From Octopus bimaculoides (lineage: Eukaryota): 44,869 bases of DNA. Shown here piece by piece: positions 1 through 11,043 of the stretch. Both the position numbers and the translations under genes were made by a program. The notes beneath the pieces were generated by a model. That model did no database searches, was not told the origin of the DNA, and saw only the letters and a list, made by a program, of their open reading frames with translations. The DNA is taken from NCBI RefSeq assembly GCF_001194135.2, contig NC_068981.1, forward strand, positions 32,376,703-32,421,571, read 5' to 3'. The stretch's first letter is position 1. Each line of letters opens with the position of its first letter.

Positions 1-312
1 TTCAGGCCATTTAACATTTGGGAGGTTAAAGTCGCCTAGGAAAAGTATATTGATGTGTTGGTCCAGATTTATCAGGACCACTTCTATGCGTCTGAGGCTG
101 TCCTCAAATTTACCCTCCTGCTTTGCGGTATTTGGTGGACGGTATGTTGAGCATACAACTACATCAATTTGTTTTATGTGTACTATTAAAGTATCACATA
201 CAGAGTTTGAGTGTGATAGTAGTAGTAGGGGTGTGACATCTTCTCGGATGTACATTGCAACTCCCCCATGACTTCTATCCCTTCTGTCTGTTCGGTGTAC
301 GGCATACTCTGG
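1..312 (-). mobile_element. Non-LTR retrotransposon (CR1/L2/Jockey-group-like) apurinic endonuclease fragment, running off the window edge
   Basis: The minus-strand frame is open from 312 to 1 and reads PEYAVHRTDRRDRSHGGVAMYIRE...VVCSTYRPPNT...NILFLGDFNLPNVKWPE. It carries the APE motifs R.DR....GGV.(M/I)YI, YRPP and GDFN. Confidence 0.9.
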
Positions 313-1379
313 TATATATATATATATAAATAAATATTATTGTTCTTAAATCTCCCAACGAGAGATATTCAGTAGCAGGACTTTTTCTATAGTCAGAATA
401 ATATATCAGTATTGTTTTAGATATACTAAGTAGGGAAACTTACAGATATCATTATTAGCTTAATGATTATGTTAATATAATATATAATATATATAATTAT
501 TATGTTAATAATATATATATATATATATATTTACGATATGTATAAGGTACAGGTCGTTCCGAGGTTAGAAAAAATATTGCATATACACCAAATACCATGC
601 AGTAGAATCCAACTCAGGAGCTCGGGTTATTAAACTGATCTTGAGTATGACTCATCATTGAGTCATACTGCACCTGTACACACACTTACACACATATACA
701 TATATACGTAATTAAATTTAAATATTTCTCGTTAGGACAGGCTCAAGTTGTAAGAATTATAAGAATTTGTTTCATCTTATTTTAGAAGATATTACAAATA
801 CATAAATCATGGTGTTCGTGGAGATCAGCGAGAATCAAAACATCGTCTGAATAATTTGCTCTTTGGAGATGAAATACAANNNNNNNNNNNNNNNNNNNNN
901 NNNNNNNNNNNNNNNNNNNNNNNNNNNNNNNNNNNNNNNNNNNNNNNNNNNNNNNNNNNNNNNNNNNNNNNNNNNNNNNNNNNNNNNNNNNNNNNNNNNN
1001 NNNNNNNNNNNNNNNNNNNNNNNNNNNNNNNNNNNNNNNNNNNNNNNNNNNNNNNNNNNNNNNNNNNNNNNNNNNNNNNNNNNNNNNNNNNNNNNNNNNN
1101 NNNNNNNNNNNNNNNNNNNNNNNNNNNNNNNNNNNNNNNNNNNNNNNNNNNNNNNNNNNNNNNNNNNNNNNNNNNNNNNNNNNNNNNNNNNNNNNNNNNN
1201 NNNNNNNNNNNNNNGTATTATCGATCTGAAAGACATCATCATGCATCAGCCAATAATTTGTTTGCTTAATTCTAAAAACTAGAGCCACAATTCTTGTTTA
1301 TGTCCCTTGATCGTCGATTAGCTTTGACTAAAGAGACACAACCAGCTTGGAACACTGTGGTGTCTCAAAGTTTACTCAC

Positions 1380-1472
1380 CACATCGAATCGAATGTGTTG
1401 TGAACACGCATACAGTAATTGTTATCCGAGGGCGAAGTACTATAATGCTTGGTATATTCATCTTCGAACTTT
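1380..1472 (-). CDS. Candidate internal exon (93 nt, phase 2-2) of an NCS/recoverin-like EF-hand protein
   Basis: Acceptor is atattttaaatacattccag and donor is GTGAGT. It translates as KFEDEYTKHYSTSPSDNNYCMRVHNTFDSM, which resembles recoverin/NCS-1 F...Y.K.........Y...V...FD(S). It is phase-compatible with exon 16184-16335 (CG|A = Arg). Confidence 0.55.
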
Positions 1473-1830
1473 CTGGAATGTATTTAAAATATATTTATCT
1501 TTGTTGCGTTTAACAAATGCGTAGTGAACTAATATTTCATAAATATGAAACTATCGGCAGAGACCATTCTAAAACTTGATATCAGGCTGGACTTTTACTG
1601 GATTGTGTCATTATTTCTAATTTTGGAATGTACAACATACAACATTCCATTCTACATTAAATTCGTCTCACCAAACCGACTATATCGGTTTTCAATAAAA
1701 TGGGAGGCGAATTTTGTACTACATAATCGTAATAATGCGGTTTTGTTGTAATCACCGAAAAAAAAAAGTCTTTTACCAAACATTTTGTTTTGGAATTGAT
1801 TGGTGTTCTAAGAAAACATTCACCAGAGCA

Positions 1831-1833
<3 letters not shown>

Positions 1834-1903
<70 letters not shown>

Positions 1904-1905
1904 CA
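1834..1905 (+). repeat. (GATA)n microsatellite
   Basis: Direct reading shows about 17 GATA units. Confidence 0.97.
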
Positions 1906-3051
1906 GACTATCAGAGACAGGGATTACATACATTTACGTATGTTTATGCACATAACGGGATAAAGAGAGGTGGGGGATATGTTCACCTCCTTATATTACA
2001 TTGAGCTTTATAAAAATATATATGAACAAATAAGTAAATAAAGAAATTCAAAAGTTACAAAGAATAAGTTTCCATATGTATTTCTTTGAGTTCGCTTATT
2101 GTTCTACTCTTCTATTATGTAGACTGGAAATGCCATTCAATGCCGTGATATTGAACGCTTTTCTTTTGCTTTTACACAGAGAACACTTTATGATGTGTAA
2201 GCACCCATTTATTGTAACTATCGATATGACTAACCGCAACCACTTTTTGTAATTGCATTTAACAATGAAGTTAGTGAAAGACTTTATGATTTGCCCTGCA
2301 TATGACTACTTTGGACTTTCTCAATTAACCAATTCATAACTGCATTATTAGATTTCCCCAACTCTCTGTACAATTGGTAAGGCCTAAACATCAATGATCT
2401 TCACCAATTAGTTTGGATGAAAGTGATTAACTGTACTGTCTTCGATTCAACCGGCTTTTTTTCTTTAATCATGATCTTCTATATCTATTAGGATACATTT
2501 TGCTTTATAATCTTCTTACGTCTGCCAGTTTGTCGCCTTTCTCTCCACTTGTCTTACTATTTCTTTCTGTATTCTGGTTTTGTTTTTATCTCTATAATTT
2601 TATCTTTTCTGTTAGCTATGAGAAAACATTTGTATGACGTTCCCAGAGTGACTTCGTTTCCGTATAAGCTTCGTTACACTAAATTATACTTATTTTTCCT
2701 GCTTTTAACAGTAATGGCACTAACAAGAACGGTAGCCAGAACAGTAACAATAAAAAAATTGCTACTTCTACCTTCATTTTTATTTAGTCTAATTATATTC
2801 TTTGTCACATAACTTGTTATTAGTAATCTGAAGGAAATATGTTCTCTGTAATGCAATCTGTATAATCAGTAAAAATAATTTAGAAAGAGCAACTCTGCTA
2901 TAGATAACATATTGGACAGTAAGTAGGATATTCATCTGAGAATGAAACAACTTTCAGATGGAACAAAATAGGATGTGATTGTCGTGAGATTAATTCTAAA
3001 AGAATATTCTGTAATATATTTATTTTCCTTTTGGAATTCCCACTTTCCATG

Positions 3052-3180
3052 ACCAAACGAAAATGTAAAACGTTACATACTTAAGCTGAGTAATTCTATT
3101 CCCTACATAGTATTAATATATGAGAAAGGTATGCATTATCCAATAGTTGAGTACACGCAGTTTCAAACTAATTTCTCTCT
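3052..3180 (+). repeat. Dispersed degenerate repeat of about 130 bp, copy 1 (copy 2 at about 5059-5193)
   Basis: Both copies share accaaacga...gagtaatt.t.ttcc.tac.tagtattaatatatgag...ggtatgca...gcagtttca.a.taat.tctct in direct orientation. Confidence 0.7.
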
Positions 3181-4149
3181 TTTATATCATTTGTGTATTT
3201 TTTTAAAATTTCTTTAGCGATGTAACGATGTAGTTAGAATTTTATGGTTATGTATTCTGCTATATAACAATTGTTCTAAACGCACAGCTTAAATCTGCTT
3301 CACTGCCTTACTACGCAAATGAATTAACAATTCCCTATCTTAGTCTACTCAAATAGATAATATTTAATAATCTCAATGAGATGATAGATTCAAGAAGATA
3401 AGAAAAACACTTTATGAAGTTACTATCAAATGAGATCGTCATAAATATTACTATAACTATTATTATAAACACTACTTATCATTCTCAGTCGTTAAAATAA
3501 AAAATATAGAAATTATGAAATGGCAACGTAATTGCCCATATATCTTAGATATCTTAGCTACATCACTTTACATTCCGAGTTCAAATCATACTCAACTGGA
3601 CTTTAATTTTCATACCCAAATGAAGTGGAGTGTTTCACTCTTTGACTTCATTTGCAATATAGATAAAGGCAGCTATTCCTATATTCATTTCGTTTGAGCA
3701 AATTGATAAAACACGAAGCAATATGTTCATATATTTTTAACCAGTAGTTTATCGTATATCTACATAAAACCTTCGTGAAAGTCAAATGTGAAGGATCAAA
3801 GTCCTCGTAAGCTCATGAATACAACTATTATTCATATATTAACTATTTATATCATCACTGCGTGCAATAATTATTTTGCATATAGTTACAAAATCAAACA
3901 GTATAGTGAAGCTAAATGAATTTGGCACTAGTATTTTGTCAATCATACTTATGGCGACCATTCACTTAGTTACATACTTCTAGTGTAGAACACACTGACC
4001 TTGTAATGTGGTCAAACACATTCCGCTTCCAGTTCATACGTAGTGATTTTTTTCTGTATTCGCATCCACTTACCTTGTTATGATGGCTTTGGTACTTAAC
4101 AGCTTATCTTGTGGACGCAATATCATTTCACAATGTGATTTTAATTTAG

Positions 4150-4330
4150 TTTTACTTTTTATCAGTTTCAGTCAATGGACTGCGGCCATACTGGAACACT
4201 GCTTTTAAGGTTTAGCCGAACAAATCAACTCGAGTACTAATTTTTAAGTCTACTTATTCAGTCGGCCTCCTTTCCAGTAAGTTATAGGGACATAAACAAA
4301 CAACGACTTTCAAGTGATAAAGATGGGAGA
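4150..4330 (-). mobile_element. SINE 3' body, same family as 40790-40998
   Basis: The reverse complement contains gcagtgttccagtatggccgcagtccattgactgaaa, closely matching gcagtgctccagcatggccgcagtcaaatgactgaaa at about 40948-40984. Confidence 0.85.
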
Positions 4331-4357
4331 AGACCACAGATACAAAGGCATTCATAC

Positions 4358-4359
<2 letters not shown>

Positions 4360-4410
<51 letters not shown>

Positions 4411-4447
4411 NNNNNNNNNNNNNNNNNNNNNNNNNNNNNNNNNNNNN

Positions 4448-4490
<43 letters not shown>
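4360..4490. repeat. (CA)n and (TA)n microsatellites flanking gap 4411-4447
   Basis: Direct reading. Confidence 0.95.
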
Positions 4491-4492
<2 letters not shown>

Positions 4493-5387
4493 CGCGCTTC
4501 TACACAGTTTCTGTCAGCCAAATTCTATTACGAAGTATTGGTTGGTTAGGGGCCACACGAGAAGACACTTGTTCAAGATACCGCACAGCAACGCTGAATC
4601 CGAAACCACATGTTTCAAAGCAACCTCCTTAGCAACGCAGTCATAACTTTGCCTATACGGAAATTTAGTTAGTAGTCATTTTGTGCATTTTAAAAATATT
4701 TTGTCATATTGTTTCTTTATCTACAGTTGTGGTAACTGCAACTCCTGTTTGAACTCCTTGACGACATGGAAAACATATTTGGATGTTGTTCGTAAAAACA
4801 GATGTATTCTAGTTGGTCACTTTTGACTAGGTGTGTTTGTAACTATGCAATTGTTACTTTGTGATGTAGATTTCAAGCATACCATATATTGCTGCTGTGT
4901 TTTTGTTTTTACATTTAGGTTTTATCCATTCATCGTGTTCTTGTGGCAATATATAAATGAAACATAACTATTATTGTTACAGTTTTTGTTGATGGTGTTG
5001 CATTAGTTTCTTTTGCTTTTTGTACTTTTTACTATTAATAATTCCCGACTTTATATGACCAAACGAATATATGAAATGTTTCGTGTTTAAGTAGAGTAAT
5101 TTTGTTCCTTACGTAGTATTAATATATGAGTATGGTATGCAATATTAAGCAGTTATGCAGACGTTAATTGCATGCAGTTTCATATTAATCTCTAGTATTC
5201 GATAAGACAGATAAAAGGAAAGGCATACCAGGAAGTGATGCATGTTTATTCCGGATATGAAGTCATAAACATGTGACTAAAGTTGTTTCCGGACACAGCT
5301 ACACAGAACAAAACATTCATAGCGCTAGTTTTCTGACATGCAAAAAAATGTGAACGTAAAAAGTAATTGCAAAGTCTATGAAAACCG

Positions 5388-5518
5388 AGAGAGAGAAAGT
5401 TCGAGAGTGAGAGAGAGAAAGTTCGAGAGTGAGAGAGAGAAAGTTCGAGAGTGAGAGAGAGAGAGAGAGAGAAAGCGAGAGAGAGAGAAAGCGAGAGAGA
5501 GAGAAAGCGAGAGAGAAC
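5388..5518 (+). repeat. (GA)n-derived minisatellite: about 3 copies of 22-bp gagagagaaagttcgagagtga, then gagagagaaagc variants
   Basis: Direct reading of tandem units. Confidence 0.9.
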
Positions 5519-6309
5519 GTGTTGATCATATTATTGCATGCCCAGTGGTGGCCATAAGAGTATATGTGCAGGTATGACAGAGTTCAAAGTATAATACATT
5601 ACAAATTTTAGAAGTATGTGAAACGAAATTGACAGAAGAAAGATGGTATTAACATACACAAAAGAATTCTCAAATCTCAGTTACAGAGACCATACTCTAG
5701 GGCATGTAATGGCTCTTATTTTACAAAGAAATAAATTCAAATTTGCATTATTATCCAGGCTGATCGCACAAAAAGCCTCATGATAGAAACATTGATCCCA
5801 GTGGATACCAGAATATCTGATAAATTATACAACTTGATATATTATACAAATACAACGTTTTAAAATAGAATTATTCAGGATGTGTTTGAAAGAAAACACA
5901 AATAAACGTCAGTGTAAAACCTATTCAAAGAAAGAAACATCTGCAAATATACAAAGGCAATGTCAGGACCTATAAATGCAGATAACATAAAATAGCAATA
6001 CAATATTCTGATATATTGTATAATAATATAACAGCAATAATATACATGCATACACTGAAACACGAATACAAATTGTATCTATTGCATCCACAACAGAAAG
6101 ATCTTATGCAATTAAAGCGCATAATAAATTGAAAAACCTATTAAAGTAGCAAGTATAACAATAATATAAATATTATTTTATTATGTTATTGTTACTATTA
6201 ATAATAACAATAACTGCATAGAAATTGGTTACGTGCATAGGACACCACCAGTGCTGCAATTCTACGTTTGAACAACTGTTGCATAGTAAAGAAGACTTAC
6301 TTATGGCTA

Positions 6310-7040
6310 TAAATAGCGAAAACGACAGCATAAGCATCTAGAAAGTGTAAAAAAAAATGACCTGGCAAATTTATATAATAAACCGAGGACATTGAATTTA
6401 AAAATCTGCTTATTAATGACACGTCGAAACCTAAAGCAGGAAACTGAATTGATAATTATAGGCGCCCAGAAACAAGTCAATACGACGGCTTTTGGGAAAG
6501 ACAAAGATTCAAAAACTTAGGCATCCAATGCAGAATGCGTAGAAAAGATATAGTACGTACTATCTTCAATGGGAATGCAGTAATCTGACAAAAAAAGAGT
6601 ATAAATGCAGGTATGGGTGTATCGGTGAAAGAGGGCTCTGAAATGTTAGTTAATTCTGTGCATTTGAAGTCAGGTTAATGATATGAACACGAGCCAGAAG
6701 CTGTCATGATCAATAATTAATTGGTTTCTCTACAGAGAGTGATCGCACTACTCAAACAAGGAAATCATATATGATCATTGAAGAGAGAATGAACATTCTA
6801 AGATCACTGACGATGGAAGCAGAATGGATGGCAATGGAAATTTAGAAATATGAGGCCATAGCTAAAGGGATGAAGAAATTCTGGAACACAATGGTGAAAA
6901 TTGTTGCTCTGATGATTTGCGAACTCGGGAAGACGCAATAATTGCTACGAAAGAGGTTGCTGGATATTGAACTTGAAACATGTATTGTCGATATGCAGAA
7001 AATCCCAATATAACCATATAACTTCTCTAATAATGAAATT
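6310..7040 (+). mobile_element. Decayed R4/Dong-like (RLE-type) non-LTR retrotransposon, C-terminal zinc knuckle and endonuclease region
   Basis: Across frameshifts it reads LKQETELIIIGAQKQ, QCRM, CSNLTKKEYKCRY, *YEHEPEAVMIN, and KYEAIAKGMKKFWNTMVKIVALMICELG. These match R4-clade LK.ETE.LI.AAQ, C..LA..EYK.RHD, WYEH.PE.V.EN and KY..L....LW...V.P..IG.LG. Confidence 0.75.
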
Positions 7041-7469
7041 GGCATGTAACAGCTTTTGTATGGAATTGTTTTTGATTTTGGCAGACAACCAGAAATATTT
7101 TGGGGATGACTGAAGATAGCATTGACACCAATACTCGAATGGCATCCACTTTTATCCACCCTAGTAGGAATTAAAGAAAAATTTATCTCAGCGGGATAAA
7201 TAACACCATTATATTAAACTTGTGCTGGCCATCTTGTGAAAAAATTTTTGTCAGAAAATATATATCAGAAACTGTTACAAAACAAGCGCAAGCCCGTTCG
7301 CTGTGGTGAAGTTTTTCAATGGAAACTTAGATAGATCCGCAAGGTAATGGTTACGATTTCAGCCGCCAAAAACGGCTGAAGAAAAGTAAATTTAGGAAAA
7401 CTTTACCATAGATATTCTTAGCTTGAATTCTACGTGTGATACCAGTATTTTGAAGAAAGGAAGTTAGTT

Positions 7470-7552
7470 GATACCATTGACTGGTATTTTATTTTATCGA
7501 CTTCAAACCACTGAAAGATAAAGTTGATTCCAGCAGAATTCGAATTAAGAAT
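7470..7552 (+). mobile_element. Degenerate SINE-type fragment, related to a fragment at about 26660-26730
   Basis: ctggtattttattttatcgacttc...gaaagataaagttgattccagcagaattcgaatt resembles ttatttatcgacccaaaaagatgaatgttaaagtggacatcgacggaac at about 26660. Confidence 0.5.
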
Positions 7553-7834
7553 AATATTGATAAAAGCACATGTGGTGATGTAAGCCTAAATTGCTAACCT
7601 TATCATATGTGGAATGACACTTGATAATATTACCGATATCCTCGAAACAGAATGTGGAGATTCTAGAATTGAAGCTGTGTTGAGTGACGAGCGGAATCAT
7701 GCAAGAACAGATCGCTCTCAACCGTCTCCTATTGTAACAAATAAGATTCCGCAGTTGAGACAAAAGTAAATATCAAGCAACTGCACTAGTGCATGAGGGT
7801 AGATACGAGACAAAGGTTACTAATCCACCTTCAC

Positions 7835-9010
7835 GAAAGAACTGAACAAACATGTAATTATACGTTACTTTATGACCAAGCCAAATAAAAGAGGGTATGA
7901 GAAATGGATGTTGGCGATTTGGAACGAAATTTCATTTTCCAGTGAAAGAAGAGAATCTAACAGATCAGACGCCTATAAAAATATAATGGCTACATATCGA
8001 AACTGGAAGTAGGAGAAATTAAGCAGGAAATGGAAAACTTAAAGGAATACATCGTTGAAGTTAAGTGAAAGAGGTTCACACACATAGAGAAGAAGAAGAA
8101 GAAGAAGAAGAAGAAGAAGAAGAAGAAGAAGAAGAAGAAGAAGAAGAAGAAGAAGAAGAAGAAGAAGAAGAAGAAGAAGAAGAAGGGAAGGAAGGCAGGA
8201 AGAAAGGAAGGAAGGAAGGAAGGAAGAGCGACACAGAAGGAAAATGAGAGCTGAGACAGATGGAAAAAGAGAGATGGAGAGTGAAAGAGCGCGAGACCGA
8301 GGTGGAGCAAGAAAGAAAGTGTTAAACTATTACACTGAAGAAGGCGGTGTTTTCTCGAGGGTAAATTGGGAAAGTGGCAAGATGGTCGAAGTGAGAAGAT
8401 CTAAATATTGGATGAGAGAAACCAATCTGCAAAAACTAGCAATAATAAGCCTTTCAACCTTAGAAGATATGAAAGTCGGTCAAGCAAAAAGGAAAAGAAA
8501 TTGACCATGGCATTGGAGATTTGTAGTATCTCTCCTGAATAACTTATAGACAAATGTAACAGAAGTAACAAAACAAGTTGGTTTCAATGCAGATAAATTG
8601 CAAACAGAGAGACAAATACTTCGTTGGAAAAGCGAGATAGAAAACATCATCAGGTGTTTGAGACAGAAAATAAGTGCAGGTCTTTGAACAAGAATCTCTA
8701 AGGACAGAAAGCGTCGTTAAAATATTGCTCAAAAACCACAATGAGAAAAGGGAAAAGAGTAGAAATACTGCAATTGAAGAATCGAAGACAAGATTAAGAG
8801 AAAAGGCAGTTAACGTAAACTGATATGAGCATAGAATAGATCAGTTTCCGCGGAACCGGTTCTTTCAAAATAACAATAAGAGATTGTTTGTAAAATAGGG
8901 AGAGTGAAACGACGTACCAGATGCAGAGAGAAGCAGAATGTTTTGGAGTAAAATGATGAGCAAGAATGACATTCAAAATTAAGAGACAAGTTCGAGAGAA
9001 TTTTAGAAAG
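7835..9010 (+). mobile_element. Decayed R4/Dong-like LINE, N-terminal pre-RT region, interrupted by (GAA)n
   Basis: It reads TKELNKHVIIRYFMTKPNKRGYEKWMLAIW, KEENLTDQ, RWKSEIENIIRCLRQKIS, AIEESKTRLREKAVNVN*YEHRIDQFPRNRFFQNNNKRLF, and PDAERSRMFWSKM. These match the typical R4-clade N-terminus (RGY.KRM..IW; IEELKQRL.AKA....YE.RI.QF.QNRLF; PDAEES..FWS). Confidence 0.7.
8090..8222 (+). repeat. (GAA)n followed by (GGAA)n microsatellite
   Basis: Direct reading. It explains the poly-E and poly-F ORFs. Confidence 0.97.
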
Positions 9011-9399
9011 CAATGAATTTATGATGAGTAAAACACCACGTCATCAAAAGAATCAGCCCGGAGCTGAGAGCAAAACGAGCTTTGAAATTACCTTTTGAAA
9101 AATACTCCACTGAAGCCGACTGCAAGGATTCTTGCTGAAAAACATTAAAACACCGGGAGAGGAAGTATTACAAAAGTATTACAAAAAAGTATTAACGGTG
9201 TGAGAACACGTATGGCAGGTAAACAGAAAATAGCATGCATGGCAGGTAAACAGAAAAAATGGCTGGTAAAAAAAAAAAACTAGAATATCAGGTTACAAGA
9301 CAAAAACAATGAAAGTATATGGCTTTTGAAGTGTAAGGTAGGGACTATTTCGTAGTAGAGTCTGAGCATTTCTATAATAGACAAATTTGAAGATTTGGC

Positions 9400-9570
9400 G
9401 GTTCCAGTCCGGCACATATTGCTATATGTTCACTTAAGTTATTTTGTAGGACGAGTTTTAGTCTCTCAATGATGAATCTTCTTCCAATTCGGTCAGGATT
9501 GTCATTTAGTAATTTTTCCATCCAGAATTGTTTAGCTAGAATTTCGTATTCTTGTATTCTTCCACCAGCT
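9400..9570 (-). mobile_element. Penelope-like element RT fragment
   Basis: It reads EYEILAKQFWMEKLLNDNPDRIGRRFIIERLKLVLQNNL, paralleling HGLEVIKFCLEKYPNEVPERILKKEFIIEGLQFIVQNNL in the PLE at about 36880-36990. Confidence 0.6.
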
Positions 9571-9793
9571 GGTTATTGGTGCAGCCTACATTCTGTAAAT
9601 ACATATATATTGCTAGCAGAGGAGCTAACACCCGCCGTCTTCTAGCAGACAACAGAATCGCGTGCCTAACTTAGTTTCGAGCTGGTTGGATCATCTGCAG
9701 TCGTGAGCACCTGATCACCAAAGAGATATCCAGAGTTCGGTCCAGCCACCAATATATTGTAAAGAAAGTGACCCTTAGTCACTGATTTGCAAC

Positions 9794-10064
9794 AAGTAAT
9801 GTAGCTAGTGGTAAAATCTCAAGAGATCAGAGTAGTAACTATACTAACCAGTAAAGTTAATCACCCCATGTTATTACTCCCTTGCCAACAATATAGATAT
9901 ATGTAGAGGGTGCAGGCTTCACCGACAATCAGCTGGCGGAAGATATACCTGGGGTTAAGTTCGTAGTAACATGGAACAAGCACTTTGATCTGGCGATTAA
10001 CTTTACTGGTTAGTAAAATTACTACTCTGATCCCTTCTTGAAATTTTACAACTAGCTATGTTGC

Positions 10065-10066
<2 letters not shown>
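9794..10066. mobile_element. Foldback/MITE-like element with imperfect terminal inverted repeats of about 72-75 bp
   Basis: Left arm 9794-9865 (aagtaatgtagctagtggtaaaatctcaagagatcagagtagtaactatactaaccagtaaagttaatcacc) matches the reverse complement of 9992-10066. An inner pair is ccatgttattac / gtagtaacatgg. Confidence 0.75.
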
Positions 10067-10100
<34 letters not shown>

Positions 10101-10831
10101 ACACACACACACACACATACAAACACACATGAGGTAGACAGTATACTAGATACAATAATATAAGAAATGTTAATTAAAATTACTCTTCGGTGAAGATAGC
10201 AAATCATTATTTATTCAGATCATGATTTGTTCTCATAACATTGATATGGTTTGAATTTATACCAAATAAGTTAGTGTCCATTTTACTATTAAATTTTTAT
10301 GCAGCAGGCGTTCTCGGTACTTGACCAAAGTCAACTACACACTCACTTATTTGTTTGCCTATGTATGTCAGTGTATACATGTGTGTGTGTGCGTGCGTAT
10401 GTGTGATTGTGTGTCTGTGTCTGTGTCTGTGCAGGTATAGATATATTGTAGATTTTCATCGTTATTGTTGAACGATACTTGAGTATATTCACTATGTTTT
10501 TGACTATACAGCATTTTGTCAACTGTAGAAAATAAAATACATCTACTTATTTAAACAACTGTATCTTTTCAATCATATTTTAATAAATGTGAAAATTTAT
10601 GCGGCTTTGCAAATTAAATTTCACACCACAAAATATAACCGATGGAGATATGTTACAAACGTAAGGAGATTTAGCAAAACAAAATTCAATATGAAAACGA
10701 TATTTGTATTTTTTATATTTTTCCAGTGTTAATATACTATTGTATGATTCGTAACCGTTAAAAAAATCGCAAATACACCAGTTGAAATAAATCTTCGATA
10801 TAACCAAGTATGATTAAGAATTTGCACCGAC

Positions 10832-11043
10832 TTAGTGAGGGACCCGAAGGTCATTGCATTTCTGTGGGGGACGCTGGTAGGTTATACCAGATACTGTTGT
10901 ACTTAGTGCAACGTACTTGCAGTCGTAGCAGTCTACGGTTGTTGGAATTAGCAATTTAAAATATGTGTTGATGAATTCGGAACTTCTTGGGAGGTGATAC
11001 TCTTTCCTTCTTCTTGAGAATTTAAATACTGCAGAAGTTTCCC
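10832..11043 (-). CDS. Candidate terminal exon (phase 1 start, 69 codons plus TAA), function unknown
   Basis: Acceptor is gttcttctgtag. The open frame reads [33 protein letters not shown]...RVPH*, and the region has higher complexity and GC than its flanks. Confidence 0.35.

Noticed and set aside
820-870. YSDD motif resembling an RT catalytic site on the minus strand
   Set aside because: No other RT motifs are recognisable nearby, and the adjacent gap prevents assessment.
2180-2377. Plus-strand micro-exon-like splice signals (cacag|...|gtaagc; ...|gtaagg)
   Set aside because: There is no coherent reading frame or partner exon, and such motifs are frequent by chance.
2549-2812. Hydrophobic 87-aa ORF, and a GPCR-TM6-like stretch (FWLPFLLV) on the opposite strand
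   Set aside because: This is the expected product of T-rich DNA. There are no neighbouring TM motifs, the frames close quickly, and the start is non-ATG.
7990-8310. Poly-Glu and poly-Phe ORFs
   Set aside because: They are translations of a (GAA)n microsatellite inserted in a decayed LINE.
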